In this document: one piece after another, positions 55,780 to 64,000 of the stretch | How the letters are laid out: each line of letters starts with the position of its first letter | Position numbering within the stretch: the stretch's first letter is position 1 | NCBI GenBank assembly: GCA_951406725.2 | Contig: OX597831.1 | Span: forward strand, 24,056,001 to 24,120,000 | Length of the DNA: 64,000 nt | Reading direction: 5' to 3' | From: Octopus vulgaris | Lineage: Eukaryota | Notes under the pieces: model-generated | Databases searched by the model: none | The model's input: the letters and a program-made list of their open reading frames with translations, nothing else | Told to the model about the DNA's origin: nothing | Program-made: the position numbers and the translations under genes

Positions 55780-56260
55780 AGGAGAACATAAGTTGCCATA
55801 ATAAAGTGTGTTTTACTTCTGAACTGATACGCTAGACAAGGCAGGCTTGTAATGGTACTGACATATTGTCTGACAGAATATTAGAAAATGCAAGAATTTG
55901 GTGGAATATTTAAGTACAAATAAAGTAAAAAAAGCAACATAAAAAACCAGAAATCATTGTGAAAGAGAAAGAGAGATCAAAAATTTTGCATTATAGATGT
56001 AGCCATTCCAGGTAACTTTAATTTAGCTAACAAGGAGCGGGAAAGTTGATAACTATTCAGAGCTCCGACTGGAATCTCAAGAATGTGAAACACACAAACC
56101 AAATTTGTGCCAATAGTAATTGGAGCTTTTGGCTCCATTCCTAACAAGTTTACAATGCTACGTTGTATCACCTGATATTGTAGCCTTACAAAAACCAACG
56201 CTACTTGAAACTCGACATCCTGCAGAAAAGGATGCTGACAGTTCCAAAGTCGAAAGGAGC
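55780..56260 (+). pseudogene. Second, older R4/Dong endonuclease-domain fragment
   Basis: KPEIIV..CIIDVAIPG..KFVPIVIGAFGSIP..LQK..LL across frameshifts and stops. Confidence 0.68.
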
Positions 56261-57646
56261 TTGCTTGCAGTCATATGACTTGAGAGAGAGAGAGAGAGTA
56301 CTAGTTATGTACCTAATTAAGACCAGAAGCCATGCTAAAGGATTTATAAAAGTGATGATGATGATGATGATGATGACAACGATAATGTTGATGATGATGA
56401 TATCATTGCCACACTGAATGATGACAAACAAGACAATGACGTGTAGCAATCATCGCTGTCATTGTCATCATCATTGTCGTCATCATCATCATCATCATTT
56501 AACGCCTGTTTTCCGTGCTGGCATGGGTTGGCCGATATGACAGCAATTGGCAAAAGATGGAACGTGACACCAGGCTCTGGTCGTTCATTTCAGCATGGTT
56601 TCTACAACTGGATGCCCTTCCTAATGTAAACCACTTTACAGAGTGTACTGGGTCCTTTTTACATGGCACTGGTTCCAAAACATATGTATGGGTGTGTTCT
56701 TTATTATCTTTTGGTACAACTAATCCTGTGCTTGAAGACTTCGTTTCTGTAGTTCCTTATTTCTTATTTCTTATTTCACAGGCAACACTGGATAATGGTA
56801 TTAACCTAATCCTTGTTAGTAGAATATAGCAAATATAATATATTATAGAGCGCTTATTTATCAAAGAAGATATTAACCTTGTGGCAGATACTATGGACAT
56901 GGTGAGATTAATTTATAGCACACCAATTCTCACATGATGGATGGCCACTCTGAGAATGCATTTGATAACAAGTTTGAATAATTATTGCTATGCTCACAGC
57001 ACCAGAGAATAGTAACAACTGCAACATAATATTGATTCAAATTTTGAAAATATAAAGAAAAAAGCCATTTGTTTTTTTTTTTCAATTGATTATTCCTAAC
57101 CATTGCTGGTAGCCAAGTCTTTTAGTTCCATTTGAATATTAAGGGTTAATTCCATGTTGGTAGAAGACCTTATATAACATATTTATAATGCAAATTCAAT
57201 AACTGACGAGGAATATGTCCGAGAATTACATAAATCTGTAGATTATGGAACGACAGATCTGACATGCTGCAATATAAAGCGGTCCAGAAATGCATGCTCT
57301 CTCATTATTTACATTTCCCATTGTATTAGTGGATCGTTTTTAGAAGACATAATCTAGATATAGAGCTGACCTTTATTTTGGGACAAGATAACTGTTCTCC
57401 GCCACCATTACTACCATCTAAGCGGAATAATAATTTATCAGTCCTGATATTCCATGGTTGTGGCAGGTTATTGACTATTTCTGGTAATTTCTCTTGTTTT
57501 TATTGAAAAATCTCTGAAGTATCTGATGGTTTCTAGATATTCTAGTTGATTCATGTGATTGGAATCATATTGTATAATGAAGCAGATTCTTATATGGACA
57601 TTGGGCTAGAAATAACAGTCAAATCCACTTCATCTCATTCCCTTGC

Positions 57647-58134
57647 TTGCTTGCTTGAGACAGCATTCACCCGGGGTGGGTTGAGCTGGCTTCATTCATC
57701 CTCAATGCTGCATCTCTCACAAATGCCGACCAGGTCTGGTGATTTGAGGCTAACAACCACGTGATCTCCAACCACTCTTTATTCCAGCGGCGAACGCTGT
57801 AGACATGGGGGCCTAGGTTAGGTTCCAGATCAGCCTTGACTGTCATCAGCCAGGTTTTTCTTTGTCCACCACATCACTTTCGCCAACCCTGAGGGGAAGC
57901 TGGGGCAATTGCTTCGAAGATGAATTCTCCTGGTTGATGACGGAGGGCATGACCCAGCTAACGCAGATGTCTCATTAGGATGACTTGTCGGAGGGAGGAG
58001 ATTTTGCACTGGTGTTGCACTGAATTGTTGGAGACAAAGTGATGCCATCGGACACGAAGTATGCGGTGTAGACAGAGTTCATCGAAGGATTCTAGTTGCT
58101 TAATATCTTCCACCCTCATCGGCCATGACTCGCG
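57647..58134 (-). mobile_element. 5'-truncated RTE LINE with 14-bp TSD
   Basis: ESWPMRVEDIKQLESFDELCLHRILRVRW..LGHALR..GGQRKTW; (GCAA)n tail; TSD TCTCATTCCCTTGC at 57633-57646 and 58135-58148. Confidence 0.9.
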
Positions 58135-58159
58135 TCTCATTCCCTTGCAACCTTTAAAA

Positions 58160-58633
58160 ATGTAATGAACATATGGAAGGGATAAACCCAGGAAGTCGTG
58201 GGATGAAGTGGTGAGAAAGGATCTTCAGTCTTTGGGCCTTACAGAGGAGGTGACAAGGGACTGTGACTTTTGACGGTTTGCTCTGCTTGAGAAAACCTAT
58301 CAAAGTAAGTCAAATTGTGGCCATCTATGCATATAGGCATGTCCTCTACAACCCTCTCTTAGCTGAGAGATCCTTGTCTTGCAGGCTCATGGGTGCTAGT
58401 GCTATATAAAAGCAACCATGCTGGTGCCACATAAAAGTGCAGGTGTTATTGCTATGTAAAAGTGCTTGTGTCAGTGTCACATTAAAGGCACCCAGTACGC
58501 TCTGTAGAGTGGTTGGCACTAGAAAGGACATCCAGCTGGGTCAGCTATACAGAGTCTGACTTGGAGAAAAATTCAAGCAACCATCTTCTGTTTGATTTTA
58601 ACTAATTAACAAGAACTTCTAACAAAGCCTGTC

Positions 58634-58699
<66 letters not shown>

Positions 58700-59095
58700 A
58701 TGTGTGTGTGTTTGTCCCCCTAGCATTGCTTGACAACCGATGCTGGTGTGTTTACGTCCCCGTCACTTAGCAGGTTTGGCAAAAGAGACCGGTAGAATAA
58801 GCACTGGGCTTACAAAGAATAAGTCCCGGGGTCGATTTGCTCAACTAAAGGCGGTGCTCCAGCATGGCCGCAGTCAAATGACTGAAACAAAAGAGTAAAA
58901 GAGTAAAAGAGTAACCATCTCTTCCTCCATCCATCCATCCCTCCATCCACCCATCGATGCATCCATCCAGCCATTCATCCACCCACCTACCCACCAATCT
59001 TCTTCAGGTGGCTTGTCTGGTCATGTCAAACCATCCAACCCATGCCAGCATGGATAATGGACATTAAACGATGATGATGATGATGATGATGATGG
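58160..59095 (+). mobile_element. RTE LINE 3' end interrupted by a family D SINE (58625-58912)
   Basis: KPRKSWDEVVRKDLQSLGLTEEVTRD..RFALLEK, then the RTE-type UTR ending ACATTAAACGATGATGAT. Confidence 0.72.
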
Positions 59096-59207
59096 TGATA
59101 ATTGTAGTCTTAGACATATATCTTTTTAAAAAATGACAATGTGATAGTCATCGTCAGAACACCTTTGGTCATAGTCTGATTGTCTATGATAACAATACAA
59201 AAAATAA

Positions 59208-59447
59208 ATGCACCCTTTTAAAGCCTTGCCAGGTTCATGGGCCCGGTTTCAATGGTGTATGTGTTCCCCAGCTGGACGGGACGTCAGTCCATCACAGCGT
59301 TACTCATTTTTGCCAGTTGAGTGGATTGGGGCAACGTGAAATGAAGTGTTTTGCTCAAGAACACAACGCATCGCCCAGTCCAGGAATTGAAACAACAATC
59401 TTACAATCATGATGCTGACACCCTAACCACTAAGCCAGGTGCCTCCA
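59208..59447 (-). mobile_element. tRNA-derived SINE with Meta/V-like tail
   Basis: Minus strand has a GGAGGCACCTGGCTTAGTGG head, TTGTGTTCTTGAGCAAAACAC core and GATGGACTGACGTCCCGTCCAGCTGGG tail. A sister copy lies at 61082-61329. Confidence 0.82.
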
Positions 59448-59823
59448 ACTATGATAACAATAACCAATGCATTATTAATAATGACGTGTTGGCACTTACT
59501 ATGGGGAGTAAGATAATCTTTAACTACTGAAAGGGAGATTTGGTTTATGCTTTTAGTAAACAGAGAAGGAACGGATGAGCTTGAACCCTTTGCATAGTAA
59601 ACTGCTTAAAATGGTGTAGGTGATGTGAAAATCAAAATATGCAGACTATGGAAGTTGGGTTTTCAGATTCTTGGTTAAGCTGACCTTCTATGAGTGTAAT
59701 GAAATGTATTCATTAGGGACATTTGCACTACAAAATTTTCAGAACACTGCTAACCACAAAATTAGAACAATTCATTTAGTTAATAAGACACTTTGATTTA
59801 AACTACAAAGAAATCATATACAC

Positions 59824-59932
<109 letters not shown>

Positions 59933-60334
59933 TATTATTTATTTTTTCATTGTTGTAAAGATATTTTAGTTATTTCAAAATAATTTCCAGAAATTAAGGA
60001 AAAAAAAATGGAATCGATAATAATAAATTAACAAAAAAAGGAATTTAATATTGACGCCAATCGAATATGTGAAACAAGTAAAGCGTTATAATTCATAAAG
60101 ACTTTTCCAGTTATAGTAAATTAGTAATTTCTTCTTCAAAAAAAGAAAAAAAGAAAATAGAAAAATAAATAAATAAATAAATAAATAAATAAAGAGATAA
60201 TAAAGAAAAGAAAAAAATATGTCTTTCTTTCAGTGAAGAAATACAAATCAGAGATGGAAAAAAAAAAGGCATTAAAAATATATAAATCCAAAAATAATTC
60301 ACCCTAAAATAACCCAAAGATGATTATGATAATG

Positions 60335-60395
<61 letters not shown>

Positions 60396-60450
60396 TAAAC
60401 AGAAGAAGAAAAAGAAGAAGAATTTCTTCTTCTTCTTCTTCTTCTTCTTC

Positions 60451-60511
<61 letters not shown>

Positions 60512-61081
60512 GCTAGTACATTTTCCAGTTTGTTTTATATTTATAAAAACGGCCAACAAATCTTTATTATTCATGTCTTTTTCTAAAAGTTATAATGTAA
60601 TTAGTTTTGATATTAACAAAAGAAGAACGAAGTAAAAATCCATTAATCAATGGATTAATTATTCATGCTTCACACTTCATCAAGTCTATTTTATTTAGTT
60701 GTTTTTATTTTTATCCAAACTTTAATTTCTCTGAACTTATGTAACTTGTGTTATATCATTGATTGAAAATGAGAAATTTAACGAGCAGTTGGTTAGGATT
60801 TGAGTTCAAATCCCTGCCTGGAATTTACTAGTCAGTCATTAAAAAAAAAATGCTTTCTTATTTATATTATTGTTGTTGTTGTTGTTATTGTTTAGTCACA
60901 GAAAGATCAGCCATGAACAATTGGACTTAGGGTTAAAGATTCTTCTTGGTATGACTGACTTTTCAGTGAGGGATATAAACATCAGTGAGATGAAAAATGG
61001 TATTTCCTTGTCACTTGGAAACTAAGGTAGACTTTACCCATCATTCTTCCAGGTTTGATAAAATAAATAAAATAAAATAAA

Positions 61082-61329
61082 TGCGCCCTTTTAAAGCCTA
61101 GCCAGGCTCATGGGCCCAGTTTCCTGATTTCTATGGCATATGTGTTCCCCAGCTGGACGGGACACCAGTCCATCGCAGCATTACTCATTTTTGCTAGCTG
61201 AGTGGACTAGAGCAACGGGAAATGAAGTGTTTTGCTCAAGAACACAATGCGTCGCCCCCGGTCCAGGAATCGAAACCACAATCTTATGATCATGATGCTT
61301 ACACCCTAACCACTAAGCCACGTGCCTCC
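61082..61329 (-). mobile_element. tRNA-derived SINE with Meta/V-like tail
   Basis: Same family as 59208-59447. Confidence 0.82.
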
Positions 61330-61783
61330 ACTGATAAAATAAATACCAGTCATATATTGGGTTTGATTAAAAATCAACTGTATGATTATGTTAGCTGAGC
61401 CAACTGGCTGGAGGCCTTGGAGTAGGCCAAGAACGAGATGTTTGGATGATATCCATAGTCTCGGTTGGTCATGCTTGAGAATACAGCTCACAAGCGTGAT
61501 GATAGATGTTTCTGATAAGACTCTTCAGAGGAGATGTTTGAGAACTCTTCCCCCATGACCCTGTGGATAAATGAATGGGTGGGTGGATGGATAGATGGAT
61601 GGATGGTTATGATTAGTTGAAATCAAATAGAAGATTGTAGTTAAATATTTCTCCAAGTCAGACCCTACATAGTAGACCCATGATCAAAGACACTCCAGCT
61701 GAGACCATCCACTGCTAGTTTTAGTGTACCTAGGATTGCATTATCCAATGTCTCCTACATTTACATATTAGAATATGGCTTAA

Positions 61784-62201
61784 TAAGGTGGTGAGCTGGC
61801 AGAAATGTTAGCATGCCGGGCAGAATGCTTAGCAGTATTTCGTCTGCCGTTACATTCTAAGTTCAAATTCCGCTAAGGTTGACTTTGCCTTTCATCCTTT
61901 TGGGGTCGATAAATTAAATACCAGTTACGCACTGGGGTCGATGTAATCGACTTAATCCCTTTGTCTGTCCTTGTTTGTCCCCTCTGTGTGTAGCCCCTTG
62001 TGGGCAGTAAAGGAATAGGTATTTCGTCTGCCATTACATTCTGAGTTCAAATTCCGCCGAGGTTGACTTTGCCTTTCATCCTTTCGGAGTCAATAAATTA
62101 AGTACCAGTTACGCACTGGTGTCGATGTAATCGCCTTAATCCCTTTGTCTGTCCTGATTTGTCCCCTCTATGTTTATCCCCTTGTGAGCAATAAAGAAAT
62201 A
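61784..62201 (+). mobile_element. Nin/Deu-domain SINE with tandem-duplicated body
   Basis: One head with the body repeated (61835-62018, 62019-62201), flanked by AGAATATGGCTTAA / AGAACATGGCTTAA. Confidence 0.87.
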
Positions 62202-62335
62202 AGAACATGGCTTAAGAGGTACTTAGATACAACTTTTAGCAGGTTGGGTTATTGTGTCAAAGCTCATCATTAGTTCATCAAGCAGAATGTAATTTTGTTG
62301 TTGTTTCTTTTGCAGCCTCTTTAGGAAAGTCTTAA

Positions 62336-62643
62336 CTCCTTACCCGGCAGAAACGAATATATGTGTTTTGACCGAAATCGTTTTTTTCTATCTCTGGTGA
62401 GTTAACTCGTCAAAAGATAGACTCACCAAAATCGACAGCAAACGAGTTCCTTCGTCTAAAAACAGGTTAACTCGTTTCTGCCCAAAGCGGTAATTTAAAA
62501 TCAATATTATTGAATTAAAATTCATAATAAATAAGGTTTGAAATATACCTCGAAATCACCATTCAAAACATAGTAAAATAAAACAATTAAAAAATATGTC
62601 TGAAAAAATACATTTATTTTCAAAATAATTGTTGGGTAAGGGG
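62336..62643. mobile_element. piggyBac-type MITE, family 3
   Basis: TTAA|CTCCTTACCCGGCA ... TGTTGGGTAAGGGG|TTAA, with internal GAGTTAACTCGT-like repeats. Confidence 0.78.
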
Positions 62644-63149
62644 TTAAGCTAATCTTTATGAATTCATTGTAATGTATTAAGGATTGCCAATGATACTTTA
62701 GAGTCACAGTTTAGGTTTGCGAAAGCTTCCATAGAGGATGGTTACATTTTCACTTGACACTATGGAAGGCATGAACATCACAATTCAAATTACAAAATAC
62801 GGGGTAATTTCCATCTAATCAAAATACAACCAAATATTTACTTTGAATTATTTTTGGCATTTTATTTCTTTCATTTCTATTTGTTCTTGATAAAAGGTAT
62901 ATCAAACTGTTAGATTCTCTTCTGTTCTGGGCATAATTATTCCTATTGTACACATTTCTTTGTATACATTCTCTAAATAGAGTTGTTGTTTCATTTTATT
63001 ATATTTCTGTTTTTTTCCACTATCTGTATTTTATTTATTTGTCTCCTCCTTACCGCTTAATATTCTTCATTTTAGCTATGTTTTTTTTTATATATATCTA
63101 CACACACTCGTCCATACACACATACATACACACACACAAACATATACAC

Positions 63150-63516
63150 GCGTCTCCAATTAAACACATACACCCACATATATCCAACAGAGTTTGTATG
63201 TTTCTCTCGTGGAAGCGCCATCCAACCAAAATGCAAATATATGAGAAACTACCACCTGTGTCATCTCTTGTGAAAGGTAGGAGAGTCCAGTTTGCTGGAC
63301 ATTGTTGTAGAGCTGAAAAAGAAGTAATTTCTACTCTTCTCCTCTGAAAGCCATCTACTCGCAATACCAGAGGGTGCACACTCTCCTACCCTGATGTAAT
63401 CTCCAGGGATACAGACATCCAGCAACAGGACCTCCGTAATGCCATAATGGACCGTGAAGTCTGGCGTAGCATGGTAAATTCCATTGTCTCGACCACAGTC
63501 GAACAATGATGATGAT
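63150..63516 (+). mobile_element. LINE 3' end (RTE superfamily-like)
   Basis: LSWKRHPTKMQIYEKLPPVSSLVKGRRVQFAGHCCRAEKEVISTLLL*KPS..; (GAT)n tail; followed by a family D 3' half. Confidence 0.8.
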
Positions 63517-64000
63517 TGTATGTTTACATCTCTGTAAATTAGCAGTTCAGCAAAAGAGACTGATAGAACAAGTACCAACCTTAAAAAAAAAAGTGCTGGA
63601 GTCAATTCTTTCAACCAAAAATTCTTCAAGGAGATGCCCCAGCATGGTCAGAGTCTCATGACTGAAACAAATTGAAGATAACGATAAAAGAAACACACAC
63701 ACGTGCGCATGCACACATCCCACACACATACAGAAATAAACAGATAGGTAGGTATGCACATAACTATATACACCTGTCTACCTGTTCGTGATTATCTATC
63801 CCTGCATACCAATCAAACCCGTCCCACTCCACCTAGTCTGTTAAAGAACCATATGCTATTCATTAAATATTTCTTCCTGTGTCTCCTCTGCTCTCCTTCA
63901 AACAAACCACACACACATTTCATTCAGACACATATACCAAAAGAGATGACTTTACCACCACCACGCTACTGCTGGTCTCCTTACACCATTCATTCTCATC

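Noticed and set aside
57198-57240. CTGACGA-GGA-ATATG-TCC-GAGA hammerhead-like string
   Set aside because: GAGA instead of GAAA, no stem I partner, and no pLTR or (TA)n context.
57200-57540. Possible miRNA hairpin in a unique island
   Set aside because: No convincing long stem, and no conserved miRNA mature sequence recognised.

Overview
This is AT-rich, microsatellite-saturated eukaryotic DNA with no credible intact host protein-coding exon; it is intergenic or deep intronic. The repeat families and simple-repeat density point to a coleoid cephalopod, probably Octopus (inference from family resemblance, no search run). Nearly all ORF-track entries are translations of simple repeats. Supportable content: dozens of tRNA-derived SINEs in at least 5 families; 3' fragments of RTE and R4/Dong LINEs; a non-autonomous Helitron; three TTAA piggyBac-type MITE families; and a 5'-truncated Penelope-like element (PLE) with inverted pseudo-LTRs. 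The most interesting signal is a set of about 10 minimal hammerhead-ribozyme-like motifs. They lie in PLE pseudo-LTRs, solo pLTR-like inserts and a fold-back element, all sitting in (TA)n tracts. Several have non-canonical cores (U3-A8 covariant; extra A after A9 with C4/U6 changes; a very long stem II loop). Repeat boundaries were read by eye and are approximate unless a target-site duplication (TSD) or terminal motif fixes them.
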